A DNA stretch of 64,000 bases from Eledone cirrhosa (Eukaryota). The notes beneath the pieces were generated by a model. That model saw nothing but the letters and a program-made list of their open reading frames with translations. It made no database searches and was not told the DNA's origin. The stretch is taken from NCBI GenBank assembly GCA_964016885.1, contig OZ024741.1, positions 366,978,001 to 367,042,000 of the forward strand, read 5' to 3'. How positions within the stretch are numbered: position 1 is the stretch's first letter; every line of letters starts with the position of its first letter. Positions 24,702 through 38,165 of the stretch are shown piece by piece. The position numbers and the translations under genes were made by a program.

Positions 24702-27526
24702 ATCCATCCTCTCCATGAGTTCATTATTTGATTTACTGTCTCGCGCTCTGTTTTATTTAATATGGAGAATAAAATAAAAGCTCCCTTTTTAGCCTATATC
24801 TAATTCCCGTATATCTAATTTTAGGTCCGTATTATTTGAAACTGTTCAATTATGAAATATATCTTTCGAATGGTCTTTATTTTAAAGCTTTACCAGTAAG
24901 CTATTTTTATTACTCCATTCATTCGCCCACTAGCTTTGGATGTCCTTTCTCTGATTATAACTTAACGTTGGCGATCGTTTTGAAAGGTTTTTTAAAAAAG
25001 AAAATCAAAAGAACTAGTAATTTTGGTTTTTGGCATAACTCGTGGTTTTGTTTTGGATGTCAGATGGGATGGAGGAGCAGGAATGTCGAGTGACTAATGA
25101 ATGGAATCTCTTCCCTTTTCAAATGTGTTTTTCTTCTCTTTGTTCTATATTCATCTGCCTGTCCCAAACAAATTATTTTATGGGAGAAAAGGCGACTAAT
25201 GTTTTTATTCTTTTTTGGGGGGTTCCAACTATATTATATTTTCAATGTGTAAAATATAATAACGTTGGGGTGTAGGTGAGAATGCGCGCGCGAATTGTAT
25301 TGTTTAGCAATGGTTGTTTCTAGAACACGTTTTAATCTGAATCTCTTGTCTTTTATTCCCTTTCCTTTTTACCAAAATATTTTGTAAGTATGTTAGATAG
25401 ACACGAAGTGATTGCCTACCCCAGAGGTTATTAAAAAAAAAGATGTATTTTTCACATTTCCTTGTTACAGTAAACGTTAACACATTTTCTATGTACTTCT
25501 CAGTCCATGGATGTGCAACGTGCTCTATATTTCGTTAATAGATAAACTAAGATAGAAGTAGTTGTTTTTAATAGACTTAAAAGATTTTCTTTAAAAAATG
25601 TCTGACGTAACCTTTTTTTGTGCTTGTCTGTAAGATACAAACTAAATAAATTCGTTGTTGCTTCTTCAGAATTTGAATTTTCTATGAGAAGTAGTTGGCT
25701 CTATCTTACAGCTGTACATTTTGTTATATACACACAGCTTGTAGTTAAATATACATTATATATATATATATCCATTATCTTCAGTGACTTATTTTATCTG
25801 TCTATATTTATTTATACATTCTCTGAGGGTAACCAATTTTTGTTCTTTACATTTTAAGACGATCTCTCTCTCTCTCTACAAAAAGTTATATATATATATA
25901 TGCGTATATATATATAACACCCGTTTATTGTAGTTAATATACATTAGTTAAATTGTCATCAGGACCTAGTTATTTAGGAGAGTGTTGCACACGCTATCAT
26001 AAGTTCGTAGGTTCGATTCCTGCACCCATCGGCGCATGTTTTTTGTGTATATCTTGGTTTTCGAGGTTGTTTCTCAGCTGTTTTAATGATAGGCACGAAC
26101 ATAGTGATATATGGTCATGTTTAATTTACGGACCAAGCAGCATGTTATGTTCTTGAGCAACACCGAAGAAACTCCTGATTAGTTGTAACTTCGCAGGTGC
26201 CCAAACCTTGTACAGATGTGAGCTGACAATTTCATTTTTTCTCCCTATGTATACACCCAGTTTGTTATAGTTAGTACACATTAGTTTAACTGTCATCATA
26301 TACGCCTCTACAAAATATGTGTGTTTTCTTCTTCTTCCCTCCTAAGGGTGACTAAACATTGCTTATTTAACTTAGCTTGAATTGTATAAGTTGTAACATT
26401 CCTTCCTTAAAACCTGTCTAGCCACTTCATAAATGTTTCAAGACCACAAATTAACATGTGTCCGTGTCCCTTTTCTTGAAATATTGATTTCTTTTATAAA
26501 GTTTTTTTTTTAAATTATAATTGCTTTTTAATTCTCATTCCACAGATTTAATATTCCAAATAAAATCACTCATTTTAAGATTCCTATTTAAAATAAAATT
26601 CTTCTAAAATAATTTTAAGTACTTTTTGTTAATCTACAAATACCAACTTGACAAGGAAATAAATTTTTGTAAATCCTTCTAAATTCTTTATTATTTATTT
26701 CAGATACAGTGTATTTTATTAGAAATATGGTAATGAAAGGATTAACAGAGATGAGCCTGTTAGTCATGGAATGGTTAATGTAAGGCCTGGAAGCATGAGA
26801 TAGCTATATTGAGATATTAAGGTTAGTCTATCAAGGGAATTTAGATTTAGAGCCATGGCCATGGTAGTGTGGTAACTGAGCCAGAAGGTAAAGCAAAGAG
26901 CTGGCTGCCAGATCTGGCCAAGGAAACTATTATGCCATTGCTGGCAGTATCTGCTGCCTGCTCTAATCCATACTAAAATGTCTTCAATGCACTCTGGAAT
27001 GCAGGTGTTTATGTAAGTGACATGCAAACCCCTGTTTGTCTTAGAGGTCAGTAGTTCCGATTAAATACTGATTTGTGATGACCCATCCAACACTTACTGG
27101 GATGAAAAATGGACTAACTGATATATATATATATATATTGTTTCTGAGGAAGACAGATTGATTAAGGATATTGAGACTAGACATAGGTGGTAATATAACA
27201 TATTAGTCAATATAACGATTGTAAAACGAGCTAATTAAGAACCTATCTTCAAATTATTTTATTTTCATTATTTAATACACACACACATATATATTACATA
27301 TATTTATGACTCATTTGCCTATATATACATGGTTATGTTTACTTTTAATTTGGTTTCCATGGGTATGTCATTGTATTAGTGTCAATTACCACTGTTAAGA
27401 TTATTTCTTTCATCTTTGCTTTTATGTTATGAAGTCCATCTGTGTGGTCGTTAATAACTATTTACCTGAGTCCCTATTAACCTATAAAGAAAATGCTTCA
27501 ACCTTTCCATTCATTGAAGCACATTA

Positions 27527-27562
<36 letters not shown>

Positions 27563-27872
27563 TTTGTGTGTATCTTTTATATATAATATATATACTTTCC
27601 TTGTGATCTCAACTGATTGAAACAGTGCTAGTACTGTAGAAATCATTTTTAACTTGCTTCTTTCTGTTCCTTTATGGTAAACCAGTCTCTGTATGTATCA
27701 TGATTTATATGCGTCTTCCATGCTGGCATGTGTTGGATGGGATGGATCTTCACAGTCCGAAACTAGACAGGTTGGAGAACCACATTTTGCATATTTGTTC
27801 CATATGTTTACAGGGTGTACTGAGTGCATTTTAACATGGCACTAACACTAGAGAAATAATAATAATAATAAT

Positions 27873-28005
27873 AATTGTTTCCACTTTTGGCGCAGGGCCG
27901 GCAGTTGCCCAGTGCATTGCTAGTGCTTTGTTTTGTCGACCTCGTAGGGATGAAGGGCAAAGTTGGCCTTGGCGGGATTTGAACTCAGATCGTAAAGGGA
28001 CGTAA
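27873..28005 (-). mobile_element. SINE family A, 5'-truncated, A>G hypermutated on the + strand
   Basis: Aligns without gaps to the family consensus, with 13 A>G changes in 75 bp (27892-27966). Confidence 0.9.
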
Positions 28006-28699
28006 TGACAATAATAAAAAAGAAAAGGAAAAAAAAAATAGGGAAATATAGAAAAAAAGAAAGTCCTTAACTGACCAAAAAGGTTGATTCTACTCTGTTC
28101 TCAGTTTTCAGTTGCTTTTCAGGAGGGATACTGAATGCTATTGCAACAACTATTTCTAATTTTATAGAAACAGGGTATGTATAAAATACGCCAATACTGA
28201 AATTTTCACAATGATCTGTCCACTAATAAAAATTTGAGTTTAAAAATTCATTTTTAGTCATTTTCTGCTAAATCATTTAGTATAAGAGTCAGCCAACAAC
28301 ATGCACCAATTAATCATCATGATAGGATTGAGGTCCCTGTCATTAAAATACCCAAGAGACCTCCTTCCTATGAGATGCAACCTCATAGGCAGTCGGCTAA
28401 ACCTATGCAGGTGTGAACACAACAAGAACACATTAAGATGACTGATGGTCTGTCTTTTCACTTAGGTAACAGACACAGAACACTTAATTCTACTTAGTTT
28501 ATTTCTAATGCACTTAAAACTTTTGAATCTAAAGATAAATACTTGTCTCTGAGTCAGTTTAACTACAAATACATAATATTTTTTTCTCCATGTAATTTTA
28601 GTCAATTTAGCGAGTAGTGAAGATTTGGCTTAGTGGTTAGTGTGATGGATTGTAATGTTGTAGATTTGATTCTGAAGGTTTAACCTTCCTTTCTGTCTG

Positions 28700-28955
28700 G
28701 TTCATCTTCATTACGGGGTCGATAAAATAAAGTACCAGTAATACACTGGGCAATTGCTGGCCTTGTGCCAAAAGTAGAAACAATTAAATATATCGGTAGA
28801 GGGTCGGACACCATTCTTTGATGCATAGTTACGGCCCTTGCCATTATGAATTCAATTCCCGTTGACTTTGCTTTTTATCCTTATGGGGTCGATGAGGTAG
28901 AGTGCCGGTGATGCGCTGGGTAATTGCTGGCCTTGTGGCAAAGGTAGAAACAATT
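28700..28955 (+). mobile_element. Two head-to-tail SINE family A copies (28700-28785 unmutated; 28790-28955 A>G hypermutated)
   Basis: Both copies end in GTAGAAACAATTAAATAT. The second has 9 A>G changes in 28894-28943. Confidence 0.9.
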
Positions 28956-29337
28956 AAATATGTTTTTCCTGCTAGCTAGAGTTGGACGGGTTGCCACAGT
29001 CCAAGTGAGTACTTAATCAAAGCTACTGACCTTCTCAGATTGGCTGGGAGTCGCATCTCATTTACATAGGTTCCCTCATCATGTTCCTGCACTCTACAGA
29101 GTGCACCAGGTGTATTGTCATGGCATCAACACTAGTGTTCAGTAGGTTAACAATGTTATTATTACAGCTCACATCTATGTAAGTTTAGCTGGTCACTTAG
29201 GTTGCATCTCATAAGATGTTTTATCACCTCTTTCTTGACCATATTGCTAATGAAATACACTATATATTATATAAGAATTTTAATTGTTATAAATAATGAG
29301 AAAGTTATTTATATTTCTAAGTCACTTAAAATTCTTC

Positions 29338-29442
29338 CCCGCCAAGGTTAACTTTGCCTTTCATCCTTGCGGGGTCGATGGAATGAAGTACCAGTGATGC
29401 ACTGGGATAGTTGCTGGCCTTGTGCCAAAAGTAAAAACAATT
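29338..29442 (+). mobile_element. SINE family A 3' half, A>G hypermutated
   Basis: 6 A>G changes in 29369-29410 relative to the unmutated copies. Confidence 0.88.
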
Positions 29443-29479
29443 ATTTGTAAATCATAGGCAGTCTTTCATTAGAAATCAT

Positions 29480-29750
29480 CTTCATCATCATTTTTATGCC
29501 TGCTTTTCCATGCTTGCATGGGTTGGAGAGGTCCTCAGCACGGCATCACTCCACTTGTCGCATTCCTTTGTCATCTCCTCTGCCAGTCTTAGTCTTTTGA
29601 GGTCCGCTCTCCCAACCTCTTCCTGAATCTTTCTTAGTTGTCCTCTACTGCGGCCTCCTTCCATTGGAATTCCCTGGCATTTCTCCACGCACATCACATG
29701 TCCATATCAAGGCAGTCTTCTCTTCTGCACACCATCTCGAATTCCCTTTA
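29480..29750 (-). mobile_element. RTE LINE 3' end fragment
   Basis: Homologous to 7320-7590; minus-strand ORF ..GIPMEGGRSRGQLRK..DLKRLRLAEEMT, followed by the family tail. Confidence 0.8.
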
Positions 29751-29819
29751 AATATGCTAAGAAAATGATTAAGAATAATTGAAACACAGAAGTAGTGTAT
29801 CTTTGTTAGAAAAAGGTTT

Positions 29820-29865
<46 letters not shown>

Positions 29866-31368
29866 CAAAGTGAACAGATATTACTAACATTGTTTCCATC
29901 ATTTTGACATCCATTCCACCGTGCTGGAATGGGCTGCAGAAATTTGTAATACAGCATCCCTTGAAATATTTTCAGCAAATGACCTACTTACTCGATACTG
30001 TGTTTTCTTTAGTCCACCCACCTATCCCTGCTACAGCTATTTCACACCACAAATCATAGCATTTCTTTCAACAGCATGGATAATTTGCATGACATGTCTT
30101 TACTTGTTCAGTCAGCTTACTTATATACACACACACACACACATATGTGTGTGTGTGTAGTCACATGAATGGCTGTGTGGTTAAATTGTTTGCTTTGCAA
30201 CCGTGTACTTTCAGGTTCAGTTATACTGTGTGTCACCTTGGGCTAGTGTCTTCTTCCATCGCCTTGAGAAATTTGGTTGGCAGAAACTGTATAGAATCCC
30301 AGCTTGTGTGTTTATGTCCCTTAACTTAGTGGTTTGACAGAAAGAGATAAAATATGTATTGGGGTTAATATGAATGACAAATTTCCTTTATGGCAGTGCC
30401 TAACATGACTGCTGTATAATGACTAAAACAAGTAAAAGTATATATATATATATATATATATATATGTTTTTCCATGCTTACAGGTCTTCTTCATCCCAAC
30501 AGCTCTGTTTGTTGTGGCCTAGTATGGTCCTTTGTGGAATTCAGTCCCCTGAGATCAACTTTCACCACTTTTTCTTGCCTACCCACAGGTTCCTTTTACT
30601 TGGGATTACTTAGTGCTTCTTCATCCATCTGCATCACATGTCTATACTAGTGCAGTCTAATCATTTGCATATTACATCTGATTTCTCTTATACCCAATAT
30701 GACACTAACATTAACACATCCTGGAGAGAATGTTTACCTCATTTCTTTTCATGTCTTCAGTTTTCATCTGCTTTCAATTGTTTATTTTACTACCATGCAG
30801 CAGTTCACTGTGTACAGGCATCATGCAATCTGCCATTTACATGGAGATAATCTCTGTTGCCAGCAGAGGTTATAGTTCCCCGAACCTTTTCCACCCCATT
30901 CTTATTCTGGATACTTAATATACTTTAGGAACAACCACCTCCTCTGCTAATTAGGTCACCTAGTTATTAACAGAAGTTAATGACTACCTCTCAAAAGCCT
31001 TCCAAGCATTTGAAAATAATTAATGGGTGCTCCTACTGCTAACTACCTCTGTGCATCTGCTATATAAAAATCTTTCTCTGTCAGCCTGCCTGTGATCCCA
31101 CTACATCTCTTGTGCACTCAGTTTACATTACAATATGCATGATATGGAACTACTTTCTATTCTTTTTCTGCATATCAAGCATGGGCACTTTAGATGACAG
31201 TAGAGTCCTGTCTTGCTAACTAAAACGTTTGTCTTTGCTAAGGCTTACTTTAAAATCTCCCAATTTTGGGTTTTGCTTCCTTGCTTGGAATTTATCCTAA
31301 ATCTACAGATTCGGATATGGGAACTCAGTTGTTAGCATATGGGAGTTCTCACAGGCACCCTGCTTTAA

Positions 31369-31818
31369 TCTCTTTGATACCAACTCATCTGAAACTACCT
31401 CTGGTTCTATGATGAAAAATCATTTGCTTTGAAGTGTTCATGTTTAGATTTAAAAATTTCATTGTAATTTTTTCTTATATTATGTTCTAGACACCATCCA
31501 AGGTGGTGGATTGGCAGTATCGGTAGAGGGTCGGACGCCATGCTTTCCAGCATAGTTACGTCCCTTTATGATCTGAGTTCAAATCCCGCCGAGGTTGACT
31601 TTGCCTTTCATCCTTACGGGGTCGATAAAATAAAGTACCAGTAATGCACTGGGTAATTGCTGGCCTTGTGCCTAAAGTAGAAACAATTATGTTCTAGACA
31701 CCAACTTAGTAACAAAGGAATTTATATTACTAAATCCTCGCAAATTTTTGAATATTTTCAAACTGATTTGAAAATCATTTGCAGTGTATTTCATTAAAAA
31801 TTATGGTTACAAAAGGTT
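31369..31818. mobile_element. piggyBac-like MITE carrying a SINE insertion
   Basis: TTAA at 31365-31368 and 31819-31822; ends TCTCTTTGATACC / GGTTACAAAAGGT resemble the family termini. Confidence 0.7.
31497..31685 (+). mobile_element. Full-length young tRNA-derived SINE, family A
   Basis: A box TGGCAGTATCGG, B box GAGTTCAAATCC, core GCCTTTCATCCTTACGGGGTCGATAAAATAAAGTACCAG; perfect 18-bp TSD ATTATGTTCTAGACACCA (31479-31496, 31686-31703). Confidence 0.95.
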
Positions 31819-34800
31819 TTAATTATTTTGTTGTTTCATGAAGAACTATAATGGACTGTAGGAGCTGAGTACTGAGTTTTGTTGGACATTTACTTGCATT
31901 TTAAATTCTTCACTGAATTAATTACTAACTCTCACCTTGTTGATGACATCTCTGAACATGACTTGTACAGCTCCCACAAACATACTTGACATATTTCTCT
32001 AGTTATTGCAGATCTTGTGTATTTTCCACCCTTGTTTCACTGTTAGGCCACATCACACCTCCAGCACACTTCATTTATGTTTAATCCCCGGCCTATCTGG
32101 GAGGTCAGTAGCTCCGGCTAAGTACTGACTTAGTCCATGACAACCTGTGCAACCCTTACTCGCGGGCACTTCTTCCTTTGCCTTGATTCTGTATTCTATA
32201 TTTACTCTGGCTCCAGTTCCATCTGCAGTGCTAATTATATCACATAGATAACAGAATTTTATCTTATTATTTTTAGCAAGGCATTCAAACATTTCATTGT
32301 CTCCTATTTCTGGCTACTCTTGTTCAATTTTGCCACTTATATTGACGTTGAATTGGCAAAGTTGTTAGGGCATTGGATTAAATGCCTTTGTATTTGTTCC
32401 AGCTCACTGCACCCTGAGTTCCAATCCTACCACAATCAATGTTGCCTATCGTCCTTTTGGGGTGGTAGACTGGCAGACTTTTGATATCTGATTTGACTCT
32501 GCTCAAATCATGTGTTCCTTTATTTTTGGTGTGTAGGGAGTTGTATCTATAGTCATGTTGTAGTAGTTTGTTCTGATGGTGATGAAAATATTAATAACAT
32601 AAATGTCACTGGTCAGGTGCTATGTTAATAATAATCTTGTTTATGCTTGTATTAAATCATTAGTACTACTGCAGTGTCACTTGTTTGCTATTTAGAAACT
32701 GATATGTACCATTGCTATGGAGACAATAGATCTATTTAAATGAATAAATGCATTGGTGAATATAATAAGGAAGCTTTAAAATTTGAATGCTTTCTTTGTT
32801 TTTTTACATTTTATATACACAATCAGGTGAAGGCATGTCTGTACAGTAAAAACATTCACTTCACAGCCACAAGGTTTAAGGTTCAATCTTGTATGCATAA
32901 TTGATTTTATACTACTCTAAGTACGTCACATCTCCCTTTATTTGTCTTTAATATTTCTGTTTCTCTGTCTCTCATGTTAGAGATTTGATTCATCTATTTA
33001 ATCCTACAAATGTAACTCAATAGATCTTTGTTCACAAAATTATAGTTATTCTAATATGATGTATGGTGAATGAGAATGGTTCAATGGAGAAGCAGAGGAT
33101 GAAGATAGAGCCAGTGATTAATGTTGGGAAGAGAAATAGAATGAGATGGCTGGGTCATGTATTGAATATGAACCTGAAAGACATGCCTGGGGATAATTAA
33201 AAAGGAAATTGGTGAAGTAGGCTGCAGACAAGAGGGTAAAATGGAAAAGCTTATGGACCTACAAGGCTAACCTCTACTTTAGCAGGAAGGCTGTATATTT
33301 AAAGTTTGCTTTTGTCAAGCATAATCCTTTGGATCTTATCCAATTAGCTTTTCAAATACATATTGCATTTTTAGCACTTCACTAATTCCTTTTCATATCC
33401 CCTGTCTATCATTTCTTTTGTCCCCCTTGCGAGCTTGGGTTAGACAAGTTCTCTCCTCTTATTTTCTTGCCTTTGTCATCTTCATGTGGTTCGCTTTCTT
33501 GGGATCAGCATTCACCACATCTGCCCACTTTATTCTTAATGTTCCCCTTCCACAATTTTTTTACATTTGGAATTCTTAGCACCTCTTTACCCAGCAATCA
33601 TCATCCATATATATGTCTATATCAGCACAACCTTAATTCTTACACACCCAGTCAACTCCTTTATGTCTAACTTCTCGCTCAGTACAGCTTATCTGTACTT
33701 CATTCATTAACACTAACCTTATTGGTTTATATTTGATTTTATTGGTTATGCAACTACATACCAGTATTTATCATTCAACCCACGTGTGTTTTAAACTTTT
33801 CATTACCATATTTTTAATAAAAGACACTATCTATAATTTTGAAAATAATCAAGAATTTGGAACGATCTAGTAATATAATTTTCTCATTATTTAGCTGATG
33901 TTTAAACATGACTTAACAAAGGTTTTTTTAAATTATGAAGGACAATGAAACAAATAGTTCTGTATCATAGAATCATGGTATGTTTCCTTATAAACTATTT
34001 TTAGTATGAAACAAGTCATGTAACTATAAACTATGAACAGCTAAATTATTGTATTAAAACAAAGAAAAGTATAATTGAAAACTATATGTTGTCATGCAAA
34101 ATGAACTCTAAAATAAGATTTTACAAAGCATCATGTTTTAACCCTTTTGATGCCATTTGTTTTACAGTGTTTATATTTATCTAAAAAAAGAACCTTCCAT
34201 TTATGCTTCAAACCTTTAACTTATGCTTCAAACACCACTTTATTATGAGAAAGTTAACTATTATGAAATCCCCCCAAAATCTTTATTTTCAAAAGGATTT
34301 GAAAATAATATCTTCCATTTGAAATATGGTAATGAAAAAGTTAAACCTGAGATAAACTATAGTTGTACATTATCATATATAAACATTCTGTTGACTCCAA
34401 AAGCATTGGGGAAATTTGAAATTTTGTTCAAACACAGATAACTATAATAATAGTCTATCACTATAAATAATTTTTAAAATTGTGTAAAGGTACTTTACCT
34501 GATTTTTCAACTATTATTATAGTCATAGACTATTGTTATAGTCATCTGTGTTGTGCTGACTACACTTCATGTTGTCACTCATATGTTAATATTTCAAGCA
34601 AACCTGCTTTAATCAGTAATCAGAATTAGTGTTGTAGTCATACTTATTACAACTGAAATGTCTTTGTTTGCAAACACATTTATTTGTTAGTAAATAATAT
34701 AAATGCTCAACAAAGGGTCAAGAAGACGAAGTTGTTTTAAGAGCACAAACTTTCTTGTCTGTTACATAATAAAATGCACCTAGTACACCCTGTGAAGTAA

Positions 34801-36089
34801 ATGTTGATAGGATGGGCATTCAGCTGTAGAAAACTTATCAAACAGTCAAGAGGATTCTTTAGTTGTGTCAAATACATGACAACCTCCCAAGTGCTGGTGC
34901 CGTCATTTGCAAGCAAGATGTGGCCCCTGACTTGACCTAGTACAACCTGTCCAACCTTGCTAGCAGAGAAAAGGGGCATTAAATGATGATGATTATAGCT
35001 TGTAGTAATGTTTCATGTAAAAGAAATGACAAATGCTGCATTTTAATGAAGTTTTCATTATTTTTGATTAGATGACTAAATTGGTGAGAAGTAACTATTT
35101 TTAATATTTGTTTAACACCCACACATTTTATATTTGTAGTAGTGAACATTCGTTACTGAGATAGACATGAGAAACATCTGCCGTTTGAGCAGTTACTGTC
35201 ATCAACGTGGTATTGGCACACCATATGGTCAAATTTATTGCTTCAGTACACACCAAATAAAATTTGTTTGTGGAAGATTTTTATAATGATATTTACTAAA
35301 AGTGTTTTTCTGACGTGTTTATTAGGTGACAATGAATTGGCTAAGCCATTAGAGCATCATGTTAACTACCTCAATATTTGTTCTCTGTAGTTGAAATCTC
35401 ATCATGATCAATTTTGCCTTTCGTCTTGTTGGGGTCAATAAATGAAGTACCATTCCAGGAGTGGTGGATTGGCAGAATTGTTAAAAAGTTGGATATGATC
35501 CCCTGCAGCATCTGTTCTAGTTTTGTGTTTTGAGTTCAAATCTTGCCTCCTGTCACCAAAGAAGCAATGGCACTTTTGCTAGGTGTTGCGACCAGCAGAT
35601 AGTATCAACAATGGAAAGACTTATAGAATCAGTGTTTTTAGTTTGATCTAGTAATTGACTCCTTTCCATTGTTAGGGAAGATCTAACATGAGTATTAGCA
35701 TGCCTGTTTTTTGTAAGCTTTTTTTTTTCTGGTAGGTTAATTGATGTACTAGTACATTGATTTTCTGATACCCTTGGTTCCAGACCTGTACTGGATTATC
35801 TACTTGGCCAGACTATATAATAATCTAGAAACATTACCAATTTGGTAACACTCTCCCTACCCCTCAAGTAAAATATGAAGGCACAAATGTTTAAAATCAT
35901 ATCTCGTGACTTGCAGGAAACCCATGAATGTGAGTTAACAGACTTGTGGGAAAATTCAAGAGTCCCCATGTTACAATATTGATATATCTAATTCCATGCA
36001 GTAACCCTCTAACATGAATTGACTAGTCAGGTAGGTTGCGGAGAATTCACATTTCCACCCATAATTGTATCTGGATAAGATGTACTGGA

Positions 36090-38165
36090 TAATCAGTTGC
36101 TGTAATATGAGTAATGAATGAAATTGTGTACAGCGCTCGGGTGCACTACAACACGTCAAAGGTGCATGTATAGTACATAGAATAATATACAAATGTCAGG
36201 GAAGTGAATAGTGTACGAGTCATGATATACATGTGTGCACGTGTATCAAGGGGGAATATTAGGTGTAGTGTTGGCGAATCTCAGGAAGCATGGAGGTTTT
36301 AAAGGATGCAGTGTTTCGACAGCTAATTACTGATGCAGGTAGTTTGTTCCATGCTTCAGCAACTCTGAGCGGGAAAAAGTTTCCGAAAGTCATAGGAGCT
36401 ATGCTGTTTTCTGACTTTGTGGGCATGCCCACGTGTTAGACACATGGAAATCAAAAAGGTACTCAGGGTTGTTGTTGAGATGGTTAATAATTTTGTGGGT
36501 GTTTACCAAGTCAGTTGCCAGACGTCGGAGTTTCAATGTATCCATGCCCAGGGAAGCAAGGTGTTCAGAGTATGGTAGATGCTAGATAGAGGGTATTCGC
36601 TTGGTTGCACGTCTCTGAACAGTTTCCAGGCAGTCAATGTTCCAGACTGGTGATGCAAATTCTAAGTGTGGCCGCACCATACAGCTTTAAATAGATAGCT
36701 GGAGAGCGGTTGACAAAGGTCTTGCTGGGTGATGCTAAGACACCCTCGGCCTTCTTGACAATTTTAGAGACGTGCTTCGTCCAATGCAAATTGCTGCTGA
36801 CAGTAATGCCCAGGTCACATTTACAAGAAGACTTCTTGATATTAGTGTTGTGGAGGGAGTATATGGACGCTGGGTTTTTGCTCCCAAAATGCATGGTGGT
36901 ACACTTGTCCACAGCTAGCTTGAGTTGCCAGTCTGTGATCCATTGTTGTATTGTGTCCAGGTCAGATTGCAGGCAAGATCTATAGTGAGCAGGATCTGTC
37001 CTTTTCATCTCAAGATACAGCTTGATGTCATCTGCATATTTCAGTACTGTGGCATTCTTTAAGTTGGTATCTGTCATTAATATATGCCACAAACAAAAGG
37101 GGGCCAAGAACAGATCCCTGTGGTACAACAGATGACATCTCATATGGTGAGAAATGCTGTTCTAGAACCGTGACTACCTCTCTTCGACTGAGAATGAAGG
37201 ACTTCAACCAGTTAAAAAGATCATCCTTCACACTCATTACAGAGAGTTTTGCCATAAGTCTTTTGTGTGGTACAGAATTGAAAGCTTTAGCAAAGTCAAG
37301 GTAAACAACATCCACCATCAGGGATCTGGATGATGTCTTCAAGAAACTTGATAAGTTGATCACAGCAGCTGGAGTTAGGGATAAATCCAAATTGCGAGGG
37401 CCGGATAAGACAGAGTTCCAGAAGTTCCAAAGCGTTTCTCTGACACAGGATTCCATCAGTTTGGCAATGCAGCTAGTAAGACTGACTGGACGATAGTTCA
37501 CAGGTGATGTGCGGTCACCTTTTTTGAACAGGGGAATGACACTGGCAGTTTTCCACTGTTCTGGAGTAGCACCGTTGTTCAGACAGAATTGGAAGAAGCA
37601 TGATAGCTTGTGCAGAAGGAAGTACCCACCACGTTTGAGAAGCAGGTATGTAACACCATCAAGACCAAGAGAGGCATGGTTGCATTTATTTTTAAGGTGA
37701 CGTTGCAACATTGCAGGTGTAAATTCCATAATTGTAATAGAATCCGATGTCAGGGGTGGTGGAGACTTTGGTCTCCAATAGTGAAAATGCCTACATAACA
37801 TTCAGCAATGAGTTCTGCGCATTCCTTGGGGTCGTCAGCAACCTGGCTTGTGTGGGGATTGTGAAGTGGACCAACTGGAGAGTGAGGGCTCTGCTTTGAG
37901 TGAACATACTTCCAGAAAACCTTACTGTCAGGGCTGGTTGCTATGCGCTGCTCAAATTGAAGCACTGCCTTTTTTGTCACCTGTTTGAGATGGTTGGATG
38001 ATTTATTTTGCTTCTTCCTATTGCTATCTGATTTATGCAGTTTGTACTCACGTTCAACATTACAACGTTCTTTTCTGGCAAGACTGATTGCTGCAGTCTC
38101 CCAAATTGCACTTTTGGGATGTTTTTTCTGCTTACATGGCACAGACAAATGGAATAAATGAGAAT
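36090..38165 (-). mobile_element. CR1-clade LINE, 5'-truncated ORF2 (reverse transcriptase) with frameshifts
   Basis: Minus-strand ORFs give KVFWKYV, WKTASVIPLFKKGDRTSPVNYRPVSLTSCIAKLME, VDVVYLDFAKAFNSVPHKRL, VPQGSVLGPLLFVAYIND, LKYADDIKLY and DLGITVSSNLHW. The 3' boundary is approximate. Confidence 0.93.

Larger units (their letters stand above)
30466..32060 (-). mobile_element. RTE LINE remnant split by a MITE that is itself split by a SINE
   Basis: Homologous to 7560-8380. The decayed SEEF..V..Q..L..IIVL segment (31830-31915) rejoins GCL.EL.YA (31330-31364) across the TTAA insertion site. Confidence 0.75.
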
